NCBI GenBank assembly: GCA_964639785.1
Contig: CAZXEE010000001.1
Location: forward strand, 455,701 to 519,700
Source: an uncultured Gammaproteobacteria bacterium
GTDB lineage: Bacteria > Patescibacteriota > Patescibacteriia > Patescibacteriales > UBA12465
DNA length: 64,000 bases
Direction of reading: 5' to 3'
Numbering within the stretch: position 1 is the stretch's first letter; each line of letters starts with the position of its first letter. The position numbers and the translations under genes were made by a program. The notes under the pieces are model-generated. The model did not search any database. It worked only from the letters and a program-made list of their open reading frames with translations, and had not been told where the DNA came from. This document shows positions 8,135-17,951 of this stretch, piece by piece.

Positions 8135-9586
8135 TTATAATTTTCCTAAATCCAATTCATCGTTAAACTTAATTTCCTTGATGAAGTCGGCCATATGGCT
8201 GACCATGATAATAGTGCCTTCGTAATTATTGATAGCCTGGGCGATTACTGGGATATGGCGGAAATTGATGTGGTTAGTAGGTTCATCTAATATTAACAAT
8301 CCCGGTCTCATCAGGACTAGACGGGCAAAAGATAATAAGCCTTTTTGTCCTTCGGATAGTTCTCCGATCTTGCGTTCCATTAGATCGCCGGTTATCAGGA
8401 ATCCAGCCGCAACAGAGCGCATCTCTTGTTCGTCAATGCCGTCAGCGATAATACCTTTTAAAGAATCAAAGACTTTCTCATTGAAATCTAGGGTGGAAAA
8501 GTCCTGGCTATAATATCCAACCACTACCCCTGGCATGATATTCGCTCCGTCTTGAGTCTGATGGACTAGTGATCGTAATAGAGTGCTCTTGCCGATGCCG
8601 TTAGGTCCGGTGATTAATAAGCGGCTTCGTTTTCCCAGTACTTTATCGATATCCTTGAAGATTGGTTCATGGTTCTTGATAACTCGGACTTTCTTCAGGG
8701 TGACGATTTCGCCACTGATATCTTGTTTGGGAATTTCAAAATTTCTAATAGTCTTGTCTTCTCTTCGGACATCAACCTTGTTTTCTTCCAGGTCTTCGGT
8801 TTCCTCCTTTAATTTCTGGGCTAATTTTCTCATTTTTCCTCCTTTATTGGCAAAAAAATTAACTTTTTCTTTCCTGTCTTGGATCCTTTTTTCTAATTGG
8901 GCATTTTTCATGACTTCTCTTTCGACTCTTTTGCTGATTTCTTCGACCACGGAATAATAGTCTCCGACGTACAATTCTGTCTTGTGCGTGAAAACATCAA
9001 GATAGATGACGCCTTCCGTAAAACAATTCAAGAAATCGGCATCATGAGAAATGACGATTACCGTCTTGTCATACATGATCAAGAAAGTGATGAGGTGGTC
9101 GATTCCTTTCTGGTCCAGATTGTTGGTCGGCTCGTCGAGTAATAAAATGTCCGGATCTTGAATCAAGGCATAGGCTAAGAGCAACCTGGCTTGTTGGCCG
9201 CCAGAAAGGTCACCGACGATACGGTCAAGCGGAATATCAAAATCGACAGCGTCCAATACCTTGCTGATCCGGCTTTTAATGTTTCCGGGAACGACAGAAA
9301 AGGCTTTAGAAAAATAAGCCTCAACGGTTAACGGTAAATCTTCTCGGGCAATCGTCTGTCGAGCGGTCCCGATAGTTGCTCCTCCCGTGATTGAAAGACG
9401 GCCGCTTTTTGGTTTCAGATCCCCTTTGATTAGGCCAAAAATAGTGCTTTTGCCGGCACCGTTTTGTCCCATTAAAGTCATTTTGGCGCCTTTTCGGACG
9501 CTAAAATTAGCTTCGTCTAAGATTGGTTTTTTATGGATATATTCGAAGGTGACATCATCGAATCTTAAGATTACTTCTTCAGCCAT
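8135..9586 (-). CDS. ABC-F family ATPase (two tandem ABC domains, no TM)
   Basis: Two Walker A sites (GQNGAGKST, GPNGIGKST), two signature motifs (LSGGQQ, LSEGQK), and a charged linker between the domains. Confidence 0.9.
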   Translation of the reverse strand: MAEEVILRFDDVTFEYIHKKPILDEANFSVRKGAKMTLMGQNGAGKSTIFGLIKGDLKPKSGRLSITGGATIGTARQTIAREDLPLTVEAYFSKAFSVVPGNIKSRISKVLDAVDFDIPLDRIVGDLSGGQQARLLLAYALIQDPDILLLDEPTNNLDQKGIDHLITFLIMYDKTVIVISHDADFLNCFTEGVIYLDVFTHKTELYVGDYYSVVEEISKRVEREVMKNAQLEKRIQDRKEKVNFFANKGGKMRKLAQKLKEETEDLEENKVDVRREDKTIRNFEIPKQDISGEIVTLKKVRVIKNHEPIFKDIDKVLGKRSRLLITGPNGIGKSTLLRSLVHQTQDGANIMPGVVVGYYSQDFSTLDFNEKVFDSLKGIIADGIDEQEMRSVAAGFLITGDLMERKIGELSEGQKGLLSFARLVLMRPGLLILDEPTNHINFRHIPVIAQAINNYEGTIIMVSHMADFIKEIKFNDELDLGKL

Positions 9587-9621
9587 AGTATGGATTATTT
9601 AGATTAATTATATTTATTTAT

Positions 9622-10344
9622 TTATTTATTTTTCCTTTTGTTTCTGGCCAAGATGAATTTTAAATCATGGGCGAATTGGCAAGGAAAGACTTGGACGGAA
9701 AAACCGGCTGGACGCAAGATATTCTCTAGCGATTCATAAAAATCAGATTCGGTCTTATGGACTTCCAAAAACAGATAATCGATTAGGTCGAATTCAGCCG
9801 GACTTAAGTTCTTTATGATATCATGTTCTCCGCCCTCGATATCCATCTTGAGCAAGGCGATCCGAGAAATTTTCTGATTAGCACAAAAATCACCCAGGGT
9901 TATTGTTTTGACTGTTGTTTTTTTGCCAGTTCCGGTCATTTCTTCAAGTAGTGAATGATTATGGCTGTCGGGACTTAGATATAGCGTGGTTTCGCCAGTT
10001 TTAGAGCTGAGAGCGGTATTGAACAATTTGATATGGCTGAATTCCGGATTAAGCTTGGTGTTATCTTTGAGGGCTGAAAAATTAGCGGTTTCTGGTTCCA
10101 GAGCATAAATCCTGACAGTTGGATTCAGAGCGGCGGCATAAAGGGAAAAAAATCCGGCATGAGCTCCGACATCAATGATTACCCCGGAAGCTTTTTTAAT
10201 AATTTCTTCCGTTTGACGATATTCTCGATATTTGAAGATTTCATTGAAGATGCTATCGTCAACTTCGTCACGGAGGTTGTAGTTGATGTCTTTTTGGTTG
10301 AAATTAATTTTTTTCATTATTATTAGCTTTAAAACGGAAGCCAC
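9622..10344 (-). CDS. FkbM-family SAM-dependent methyltransferase
   Basis: DVGAHAGFFSLYAA and LKMDIEGGEHD motifs. The likely true start is MKKINF at 10317, which cuts the overlap with the upstream gene to 14 nt. Confidence 0.8.
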   Translation of the reverse strand: MASVLKLIIMKKINFNQKDINYNLRDEVDDSIFNEIFKYREYRQTEEIIKKASGVIIDVGAHAGFFSLYAAALNPTVRIYALEPETANFSALKDNTKLNPEFSHIKLFNTALSSKTGETTLYLSPDSHNHSLLEEMTGTGKKTTVKTITLGDFCANQKISRIALLKMDIEGGEHDIIKNLSPAEFDLIDYLFLEVHKTESDFYESLENILRPAGFSVQVFPCQFAHDLKFILARNKRKNK

Positions 10345-10582
10345 AGCTTTCTTTTGTCAGGCATTCTTTTTCAGTTCGGGGGTATTTACGGCAATTAAGC
10401 GATCGGACCTTGTAGATAGAACAATAACCCTTATCCCCATCTATCTTCAAGAATGGGCATTTATTTGGCAAATAGCAGCATTTCCCACAATTTTGGCAAT
10501 GTCCTTCTCTATTTTTATCAACTGGAAGAATTGATGTCAAAGTCCTCTTAGCTTTGGCCATCATATTGTTTTTTGGTGTCAT
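10304..10582 (-). CDS. YkgJ-family cysteine-cluster protein (CxxCxxCC)
   Basis: 92 aa with CQNCGKCC plus further Cys residues (CPF, YCSIY, CRKYP), the pattern of the YkgJ/UPF0153 family. Confidence 0.7.
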   Translation of the reverse strand: MTPKNNMMAKAKRTLTSILPVDKNREGHCQNCGKCCYLPNKCPFLKIDGDKGYCSIYKVRSLNCRKYPRTEKECLTKESCGFRFKANNNEKN

Positions 10583-10617
10583 TTCTTTAAGAGTTAAGTT
10601 TTCTATTTTTGGCTTTT

Positions 10618-11175
10618 TTATCTTAATTCAATTCCTTTTTTTTGTAAATCTTTACGGATTGACTTGTAATCAGGGATCGTTTGGCTTACCAGATTCCAGA
10701 ATTTTTCTGAATGATTCATTTCTTTCAGGTGACATAATTCATGGACAACAATATAGTCAATCATTTTTGTTGGCAAGAAGACGATCTTATAATTGAAGTT
10801 TAGGTTGCCCCGGCTGGAACAGCTGCCCCATCTAGTTCTTTGGTTACGAATGCTGATTTGAGAAAATTGAAATCGATAATGCTGATTGAATCGGTCTATT
10901 TTCTGGCAAACAAGCCTTTCCGCCTGTGGTTTATATGTCAGATATTCTTTTTTTCCATATTTAGGGGGATTGTTTTTAAAATAGGCCAATTTGTCTAGAA
11001 TCCATTCAGCCTTTTTCTTGATAAAGCTTTCTAATATCAGGGTATTCAAGTACCAGGGCTTGCTGACCACTAACTCCCCGCTATTGCTGATGGTTAAGCG
11101 AAGATATTTAGTTCCTGAACCTTTTTTAACGGTATAGCTGATTTTTTGTCCTTTGATGGTGATTTCTTTTTTCAT
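10618..11175 (-). CDS. YgjP-like metal-dependent hydrolase (DUF45 / M48-like)
   Basis: RWGSCS... and VVHELCHLKEMNHSEKFW (HExxH plus downstream H) are characteristic of the family. Confidence 0.8.
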   Translation of the reverse strand: MKKEITIKGQKISYTVKKGSGTKYLRLTISNSGELVVSKPWYLNTLILESFIKKKAEWILDKLAYFKNNPPKYGKKEYLTYKPQAERLVCQKIDRFNQHYRFQFSQISIRNQRTRWGSCSSRGNLNFNYKIVFLPTKMIDYIVVHELCHLKEMNHSEKFWNLVSQTIPDYKSIRKDLQKKGIELR

Positions 11176-11232
11176 AGGCTCATTATACCAGAAATATGGT
11201 TTGACATCTAATTTTATTCAAATCTGATTATG

Positions 11233-11241
11233 TGGTATAAT
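11233..11241 (+). promoter_or_regulatory. Extended -10 promoter element (TGgTATAAT) for the 7TM-PAS gene
   Basis: tgtggtataat lies 30 nt upstream of the ATG at 11272. No good -35 at 17 nt. Confidence 0.45.
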
Positions 11242-11271
11242 TAAATTAATATAATAAAATAAGATAATCAC

Positions 11272-12852
11272 ATGGACATGTTTAGTTTGACTCCGATTTC
11301 TTTGATTTTATTTGTTAATTCTCTTTTCTTGGTCTTTTTGGGATTCTATCTTTGGCGCCGTGGCAGTTATTATTTCTTTTCATTGGTAATGTTTGCGGCG
11401 GCTTTCTGGGCTTTCAGCAGTTCGCTGGAAAATGGATTGGCTTTTATGTCTGATAAGATTTTTTGGGCCAAGATGACTTATGTCGGAATTTATTCGATTA
11501 CCCCTTTCTGGTTCTTGTTTGCTTTGCAGTATGCAAAATTCAAAAAAAGCTTCATTAGAAAGGTTAATTATTTCATTTGGCTGGTACCTCTAGTCCTTTT
11601 TCCGTTGACCATGACCAATGAATGGCATCATCTTTTTTGGACTAATATTGAGCCGATTGGTGGAAATGTCGCTAATGGTTTGATATATAGTCGTGGGTTA
11701 GGGGTTTATATTTCGATGGTTTATTCTTATGTACTTATCTTTGCTGGAGTATTGGTCTTAGCTATCTATGCTTTTCGAGCGACCAAGGTCCAAAGATCCC
11801 AAGTCTTTACCTTGTTCCTGGGTCTCTTATTTCCCTGGTTAATCAATTTTTTCTATTTATCTTATTCTCCTGAAGTTTCTCGAGGTGTCGATTTGACTCC
11901 GGTGGTCTTTGCTATCACTGGAATTTTTGCTGCACTCAGCATTTTCAAGTTTAAGCTCTCGGTCGTTATTCCAGCCGCTAAGGACCTAGTTTATCATAGC
12001 TTGGAGGTGGGGGTGATCGTAGTTAATAATGAAAACACGGTTGTCGATTTTAACCCTATGGCCGAGGAATTTCTGGGTAATAATTTAGCCAATGGTATGG
12101 TTGCGGACAAGGTTTTAATCACTAAAAACTTATCATTAAAATCGATTATTGATGCTGGCAAAAATTTATCAATTTCCATGGCAGAGTCTGATAAGTGCTT
12201 TGATATTCATTTTAATGATTTGGTTGATAAGTCGGGCCAATCGATCGGCAAGACTATCCTTTTTTATGATGTTACCATCCAGAAAAATGTGGAAAAAGAA
12301 TTGGAAAAGTCTAATCGTTTCTTTTCTGATTTGACTGATTTCTTGCCGGATGCGATGTTCGTTATCGATGTTAATAAGAAGATTGTCTTTTGGAATAAGG
12401 CTATGGAAAAACTGACCGGAGTTAAGGCTCAGGATATGGTGGGAAAGGGTGAATATGAATATGCCCTTCCTTTTTATGGTCAGAAACGCCCGATGTTAGT
12501 TGACCTAATTCTGGAAAATAATCCGGCGGCCACTGATTGGAAGTTATATGAAAATGAAAAGTTGGAGTGGTTTGGTGATCTGATTACTACTAAAGTGCTG
12601 AATAAATTTTTACGTAAGGACGGTATTTATCTCTGGGTCTTGGCTAAACCGATTTACGACAGTGGCGGTAAGATCATATATGTCGTCGAATCAATCCGGA
12701 ATGTCGATGATCTGCACAGGAACCAGGAAGAATTGAAAGCTAAGATTGAGGAGTTGTCGGCCATGAATAAGGTGATGGTCAATCGTGAGTTGAAGATGAT
12801 CAAGTTGAAAGAAGAATTAAGTCTGTTGAAATCTAAGTTAGCTTCTAAATAA
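11272..12852 (+). CDS. Sensor protein: N-terminal 7TM domain (HisKA_7TM-like), PAS and C-terminal coiled coil, with no kinase core
   Basis: About 230 aa of 7 TM helices (FLGFYLWRRG...FWAKMTYVGIY...). PAS segment FLPDAMFVIDVNKKIVFWNKAMEKLTGV. Ends in MNKVMVNRELKMIKLKEELSLLKSKLASK with no H-box or ATPase motifs. Confidence 0.75.
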   Translation: MDMFSLTPISLILFVNSLFLVFLGFYLWRRGSYYFFSLVMFAAAFWAFSSSLENGLAFMSDKIFWAKMTYVGIYSITPFWFLFALQYAKFKKSFIRKVNYFIWLVPLVLFPLTMTNEWHHLFWTNIEPIGGNVANGLIYSRGLGVYISMVYSYVLIFAGVLVLAIYAFRATKVQRSQVFTLFLGLLFPWLINFFYLSYSPEVSRGVDLTPVVFAITGIFAALSIFKFKLSVVIPAAKDLVYHSLEVGVIVVNNENTVVDFNPMAEEFLGNNLANGMVADKVLITKNLSLKSIIDAGKNLSISMAESDKCFDIHFNDLVDKSGQSIGKTILFYDVTIQKNVEKELEKSNRFFSDLTDFLPDAMFVIDVNKKIVFWNKAMEKLTGVKAQDMVGKGEYEYALPFYGQKRPMLVDLILENNPAATDWKLYENEKLEWFGDLITTKVLNKFLRKDGIYLWVLAKPIYDSGGKIIYVVESIRNVDDLHRNQEELKAKIEELSAMNKVMVNRELKMIKLKEELSLLKSKLASK

Positions 12853-12890
12853 TAAAAAAAAATCCCGGATCTACCGGGATTTTTTATTTT
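12853..12890. terminator. Bidirectional rho-independent terminator
   Basis: Stem atcccgg / ccgggat (12862-12880) flanked by an A-run and a T-run, between convergent genes. Confidence 0.8.
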
Positions 12891-14487
12891 ACTCTTTTTG
12901 ATATTTTTCAATGAGAGCTTCAGCCACCGTTAATCCGTCAATCGCCGAGGAAACGATACCGCCAGCATATCCAGCACCTTCTCCGGCTGGGTACACGCCC
13001 TTGATATTTGATTCGCATTCTTTATTCCGGATTAAACGGACCGGCGCTGAGCTTCTGGTTTCCACTCCAGTTAGGATGGCATCTGGATGGGCGAAGCCTT
13101 TAATTTTTCTATCCATCAGAGGTATGGCTTCTTTCAGGCTATTGATGATGTAGTCCGGCAGGCAAGAATTTAGTTTAGTTAATTTTATTCCCGGTTGATA
13201 GGATGGCTTGATGACGCCGATCTCTTTAGAAGCTTTATCTTGGAGAAAATCTTTGACTAGTTGGGTTGGAGCTGAGTAATCGCTGCCGCCGGCTTGATAG
13301 GCTTTCTTTTCCCAATGGCGTTGGAATTCTATTCCTGCCAAGGGATGGTCTGAACCAAAATCTTCAGGCGTAACCGGCACTAAGAGGGCGCTATTGGAAT
13401 TCTGGCCATCTTGGTCGTATTCGCTCATGCCATTTGTAACTACCGCTTCTGTTTCCGATGTTGCAGCCATGACGTAGCCGCCGGGACACATGCAGAAAGT
13501 ATAGACTGATCTTTGACTATCAAGGTGTTGGACTAGCTTGTATCTAGCCGCTCCTAGTTTTTGATGTTGATAGAAATTTCCATATTGTGCCTGGTTGATC
13601 ATTTCAGCCTGGTGCTCGATTCGGACTCCGATAGAAAACGGCTTGGCTTCTATGGTTATCTGATGGTCATAGAGCATCTGGTAGGTATCTCGGGCACTGT
13701 GGCCGGTAGCGATAATTAGATCGTCTATCGGCATTGTTTCTGTTCCATTTAAGATAATAGCATTTATTTTTCCCTTTTCAATTTGAATATCGCTCAGACA
13801 GGTATCGAACCTTATCTTCCCGCCTAGCCTGATTATCTCTTCCCTGATGTTCTTTACGACCAGACGCAGTTTGTCGGTGCCGATATGCGGTGTCCCGCTC
13901 CAAGCGATTTCAGCCGGTGCTCCAGCCTTGATCATTTCAGAAAAGACATATTGCGATCTGGGATCATTGATTAGAGTATACAGCTTTCCATCGGAAAATG
14001 TTCCAGCTCCGCCTTCTCCGAATTGGATATTCGATTGGGGATTGAATTTTTTTCGTTTGATAAATTTTTGGACATCTTTGACTCGGGAATCAATATCTTT
14101 CCCTCGCTCTACAATGAGCGGTTTGAGGCCGGCTTTAGCTAGCAGCAAGGCGGCGAATAAGCCGCATGGGCCGCTACCAACGATTACGATCTGCTTGTCT
14201 GATTTTTTATCAATTTTCTTTTCTTCATAAATGAATGGCTCATGGACCCTGACTCGGTGGCGCGCATCCCATCGCTGAATTGTTTTGATATCTTTAACTG
14301 AAACATCCAATGAATAGACGAAGATGATATTTCTCTTTTGGCGAGAATCGATATTTCTCCGTACGATCTTGTAGTTGGTTATTTCCGTTTCAGGCAAACC
14401 CAAAATCTCTGAAATTTTCTGCTTCAGATTGCTTTCCGGTTCGTCTAATTTCAGGATCACCTCTTCGATCCTAATTAATTTTTTCAT
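12889..14487 (-). CDS. FAD-dependent oxidoreductase of unknown substrate (COG2509-like)
   Basis: 532 aa. Rossmann dinucleotide motif IVGSGPCGLFAALLLAKAG...VERG, and a C-terminal GVYPAGEGAGYAGGI motif. Confidence 0.8.
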   Translation of the reverse strand: MKKLIRIEEVILKLDEPESNLKQKISEILGLPETEITNYKIVRRNIDSRQKRNIIFVYSLDVSVKDIKTIQRWDARHRVRVHEPFIYEEKKIDKKSDKQIVIVGSGPCGLFAALLLAKAGLKPLIVERGKDIDSRVKDVQKFIKRKKFNPQSNIQFGEGGAGTFSDGKLYTLINDPRSQYVFSEMIKAGAPAEIAWSGTPHIGTDKLRLVVKNIREEIIRLGGKIRFDTCLSDIQIEKGKINAIILNGTETMPIDDLIIATGHSARDTYQMLYDHQITIEAKPFSIGVRIEHQAEMINQAQYGNFYQHQKLGAARYKLVQHLDSQRSVYTFCMCPGGYVMAATSETEAVVTNGMSEYDQDGQNSNSALLVPVTPEDFGSDHPLAGIEFQRHWEKKAYQAGGSDYSAPTQLVKDFLQDKASKEIGVIKPSYQPGIKLTKLNSCLPDYIINSLKEAIPLMDRKIKGFAHPDAILTGVETRSSAPVRLIRNKECESNIKGVYPAGEGAGYAGGIVSSAIDGLTVAEALIEKYQKE

Positions 14488-14731
14488 GCTTTATCAATGC
14501 TAGTTTTTCTAAATGGGATAGCTTCTTGGCCCGAGATTCAGCCTTAGAAGCTAGTGATCGGTCATTGAATGCTTGTTGGTATGCCAGTTTGACTGGCCTT
14601 CGGCCTCTGGTATATTTAGCCCCTAGATCCGAGGAATTATGCTCTTTCAATCGTCGTTTTATGTCGGTGGTAATTCCGGTGTAAAGGGTTTTGTCGGCGC
14701 ATTCCAAGATATACAGGTAGTATTTGCTCAT
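14471..14731 (-). CDS. GIY-YIG nuclease-family small protein (UPF0213-like)
   Basis: 86 aa: YYLYILECADKTLYTGITTDIKRRLKEHN is the GIY-YIG core. Confidence 0.85.
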   Translation of the reverse strand: MSKYYLYILECADKTLYTGITTDIKRRLKEHNSSDLGAKYTRGRRPVKLAYQQAFNDRSLASKAESRAKKLSHLEKLALIKHEKIN

Positions 14732-15426
14732 AGCTTTGCAGAGGCTTTTAATTTGGCTATCTCCTGATTCTTTTCTCTGAGATTTTTGGAGATGAATATG
14801 GTTTCAAAGTTACCTTTCAGAAAATCGTCAGCTCGAGTAACTTTCCTGATGCGCCAGAAAATCCAGAGAAAATCCTGCCTGACCTGGTCTTTGATGCCTA
14901 CTCCGGTGTCAAATCCGGCATGCTCGAAAGAGCTGATAATCAGATTAGTGCAGAAATAACGGTCGCGGCGATGTTCAAGATAGAAGTCATATGGTTTTCC
15001 GATCTGTTGCTGCGCGAAAGCTATCGTCTGGTTGATAGTTTTTTCATAATCTTTCGTTATTTTAGGACGCAAGATAATGAGGTTGTCATAGGCAGAAAAT
15101 AATTCCTTGAAAGGAATGTTGTCAACGCCATCAGCATCGGCATGGATGCATTCTCCGTTGCCGATACAAAGCAATGAATGGGTGAAAAATCTTCCTAAGA
15201 ATAATCCGGATACGGTTCGAAAACCACCGACTAATACTAAGTCGCCGACTCGGATTGATTCTTTAGCTGACAGATAATCCTCTTCTTCTAAATGGTTTTT
15301 TCTGATAGTTATCTTGGTTACCAGAACAAAGAAGATTATCTGGCTTAAAACCCTTTTGAAGATAGATATTTTTTTAGGAAAATTATTAATCCGGTGATAA
15401 TTATTTAGTCTGGCTATCTTGTTCAT
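14728..15426 (-). CDS. YiiX/YaeF-like permuted papain-fold (NlpC/P60 superfamily) protein
   Basis: GDLVLV...FTHSLLCIG...IGKPYDF...YFCTNLI fits the permuted His...Cys arrangement of the family, as recalled from memory. Confidence 0.6.
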   Translation of the reverse strand: MNKIARLNNYHRINNFPKKISIFKRVLSQIIFFVLVTKITIRKNHLEEEDYLSAKESIRVGDLVLVGGFRTVSGLFLGRFFTHSLLCIGNGECIHADADGVDNIPFKELFSAYDNLIILRPKITKDYEKTINQTIAFAQQQIGKPYDFYLEHRRDRYFCTNLIISSFEHAGFDTGVGIKDQVRQDFLWIFWRIRKVTRADDFLKGNFETIFISKNLREKNQEIAKLKASAKL

Positions 15427-15429
15427 ATA

Positions 15430-15996
15430 TTATGATAGCTCGTTCAGCAATTCTTTGAATCCGATATTTTTTTCGGCTGAGCAAGGAATGATCTTATGTT
15501 CTCCAACCAAGCTGGAGATTTTTTTAAATTGCTTGTCGTATTCCGATTTCTTTATCTTGTCTATCTTATTAGCGATAATGATGACATTTTTTTGGTACTC
15601 CTCTAGAGCTTTTAATATTTCTAAATCATCCTTGGTTGGTCCGACATTAGCGTCGATTATTAGGAAGACTTTTTTTTGCTGGTAGGTAGAAACGAAGAAA
15701 TACCAATTAATCAAGGATTCTATCTCTTGTCTCATAGGTTTGGGCAGCTTGGCATAGCCATACCCCGGAAGGTCAAGGAGATAGAATGATTCATTGATCA
15801 AAAAAAGGTTTATTTCCCTAGTCTTGCCCGGAAAAGAGCTGGTTCTGGCCAAATTCTTCTGTTTGGTTAAAGTATTGATGACACTGGACTTCCCGACGTT
15901 AGAGCGGCCGATAAAGGCGATTTGAGATAAGCTATTTTCAAGTGCCTTGTCTGGTCCGACAACACCCTTGATAAATCGAGCGGATTTAATATCCAT
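15430..15996 (-). CDS. engB: Ribosome-biogenesis GTPase YihA/EngB
   Basis: FIGRSNVGKSSVIN (G1), DLPGYG (G3) and NKIDK (G4), in a protein of 188 aa. Confidence 0.9.
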   Translation of the reverse strand: MDIKSARFIKGVVGPDKALENSLSQIAFIGRSNVGKSSVINTLTKQKNLARTSSFPGKTREINLFLINESFYLLDLPGYGYAKLPKPMRQEIESLINWYFFVSTYQQKKVFLIIDANVGPTKDDLEILKALEEYQKNVIIIANKIDKIKKSEYDKQFKKISSLVGEHKIIPCSAEKNIGFKELLNELS

Positions 15997-16000
15997 ATTA

Positions 16001-17815
16001 TTAGATTTTTTTGAGTTTTTTAGCTAACTTTTCGGTTTCTGATAATAGGTTTTGGAATTCCCTGATTCCCTTTTTCCAAAATGAAGCGTTGTTGATATCT
16101 ATGCCCAGATTCTGGAAGATGTCTCGAGGCGATTCGGATAATCCGGCAGATAGGAAGTATTTTATCTTGGCGATGAATTCTTTGTTCTCTGATAGTTGGC
16201 CTTGCAGATATTTGGATATCAAGAGGCCGCTGACATAGGAATAGACGTAAAAGAAGGAACGGATGTGGTGCCAATGGAGCCACCAGTTTTCTGATCCTTT
16301 TGATTGTTCGATGGCTGGACCCATGTAAGCTGACATATGCTTCTGGAAGAGGCGGCCGATTTCCTTGTCATCCAAGTATCCTTTCAAGCGGAATTCCCGA
16401 TGTAATTCCTGCTCAAATAGATAGAGAGCGCTTTGGCGGAATATGGTGCTGACATCCTGGTTCAATTTTTCCATCATGATCGATAATCTGGTCTCTTCGT
16501 CTGCTTCTTTCAACACTTCTTTCAGGATAAAATCTTCAAAGAAAGTACTGGATACCTCGGCGGTTGCTAGCGTGGAACCGAAATTAAGGGCATTCTGTTT
16601 TTGGCGCATCATTTCATTGTTGATGCCGTGGCCGACTTCATGTGCTAAGGTTAAGGCGTCGTTCAGTTTGTCGTTGTGGTTTAGCATGATGAAAGTCGGA
16701 TGAGAGACTGATTCTGAGACACAGAAAGCACCAGAGCGCTTACCGCTTCGAGGGTAGATATCGATCCGTCCATTCTGGTCAAAACCGTTGAAGATTTGGA
16801 GGAATTCTGGATCTAATTTTTGCAAGACTTTTTGCAGCAGTTTCTTTGATTTGTCATAGCTATAACGGATTTCAGTCTTTCCAGTCGGAATATTCCTTTC
16901 GTGGTATTTAAGCTTCTTGGTTTTTAGCAGCTTAGCTTTTAACTGGTAGTATTCCTGGGCTAGCTTGAAATTAGCTGACACTACTTTGAGCATGGAGTCT
17001 ATAGCTGAGCTGTCGATATCATCGCTTAGGTGGCGAGCTAGGTCGGGCCGTTCCATTTGGCGGAGATCATCATCTACTTTCTTGTTAGCCAAGATTGAAT
17101 TCATTTCGTTTTCCCCAACCTTGATATTCCTTTCTAATATCTGATTCAGGGTATTAGCTGCTTCATCCCTAACCTTCTTGTCTTGGTCGCTTATCAGGCT
17201 TAAGATTTCCGAGAATGATTTTGCGGCTTTTTTGCCATTAGCCAGAGTCAGGCTAGATTTTTCCATGGAAAGAAAATTGGAAGTCATCTTCGTCCAATTA
17301 TAATAGCTGGATTGCGCTTTGAGCCGGATGATCTTTTCCTCCGGTTCGCTTAACAGATAATCTGATTGGGCAAATAATCTTTCTAAAAAATGATGATATG
17401 GTTTTAGTTCCTTGTTTTTAATCATCTTAATCCGGATATTTTTCGGTAATCGGGCTAGGCGGAGCTCAAAGAATTGCAGCTTGTTGGTTAGGTCTAAACT
17501 GAAATCATTGCTTCGATTGAATTTGGCCTTGATTTCGGTGTTATTTTCATCAACTTCTGATTGCAGCCAATAATAATAATTTTCTTCAGCTCCATTGGCA
17601 TAGAAACGGATCAGATTCTCGTATTCATCCAGGGCTTCTTTTAGGATTTTTGGATCTTTCAGCCAATCAGTCCGATCCTGCCATTTTCCGATGAATTTTT
17701 CATGTTCAGATGTTATCTTTTGGCGCTTTTTAAGGAAGTTTTCCTTGGTCAGGCTGCTTAAATCCCACCTATCTTTATTTAGCTTACTTTTAGGTTTTTC
17801 TTTGGTTTTTTTCAT
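16001..17815 (-). CDS. pepF: M3B oligoendopeptidase F family metallopeptidase
   Basis: 604 aa. HEVGHG zinc motif in the expected C-terminal half, and the overall PepF-like length. Confidence 0.85.
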   Translation of the reverse strand: MKKTKEKPKSKLNKDRWDLSSLTKENFLKKRQKITSEHEKFIGKWQDRTDWLKDPKILKEALDEYENLIRFYANGAEENYYYWLQSEVDENNTEIKAKFNRSNDFSLDLTNKLQFFELRLARLPKNIRIKMIKNKELKPYHHFLERLFAQSDYLLSEPEEKIIRLKAQSSYYNWTKMTSNFLSMEKSSLTLANGKKAAKSFSEILSLISDQDKKVRDEAANTLNQILERNIKVGENEMNSILANKKVDDDLRQMERPDLARHLSDDIDSSAIDSMLKVVSANFKLAQEYYQLKAKLLKTKKLKYHERNIPTGKTEIRYSYDKSKKLLQKVLQKLDPEFLQIFNGFDQNGRIDIYPRSGKRSGAFCVSESVSHPTFIMLNHNDKLNDALTLAHEVGHGINNEMMRQKQNALNFGSTLATAEVSSTFFEDFILKEVLKEADEETRLSIMMEKLNQDVSTIFRQSALYLFEQELHREFRLKGYLDDKEIGRLFQKHMSAYMGPAIEQSKGSENWWLHWHHIRSFFYVYSYVSGLLISKYLQGQLSENKEFIAKIKYFLSAGLSESPRDIFQNLGIDINNASFWKKGIREFQNLLSETEKLAKKLKKI

Positions 17816-17881
17816 GTTTTTGGGTTACTTGGTTATTATTATAAAATACCAGAATAGGGCTCAAAAATCAAATTAATCGAT

Positions 17882-17910
17882 TTGACAAAATGGTTCGCTG
17901 ATAATAAGAT
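17882..17910 (+). promoter_or_regulatory. Sigma70-like promoter TTGACA-17 nt-TAAGAT
   Basis: ttgaca at 17882-17887 and taagat at 17905-17910, 41 nt upstream of the ATG at 17952. Confidence 0.4.
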
Positions 17911-17951
17911 TGTGGAGTTGATTAACCCACAGTTTCATTTAAAATCTAACC

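Noticed and set aside
9601-9632. There is a (TTTA)n-like microsatellite (tatttatttatttatttattttt) between the ABC-F start and the FkbM stop.
   Set aside because: It is short (4-5 units) and lies in an AT-rich spacer. There is no evidence that it acts as a phase-variation tract, because it is not inside a coding region or between -35 and -10 elements that I could identify.
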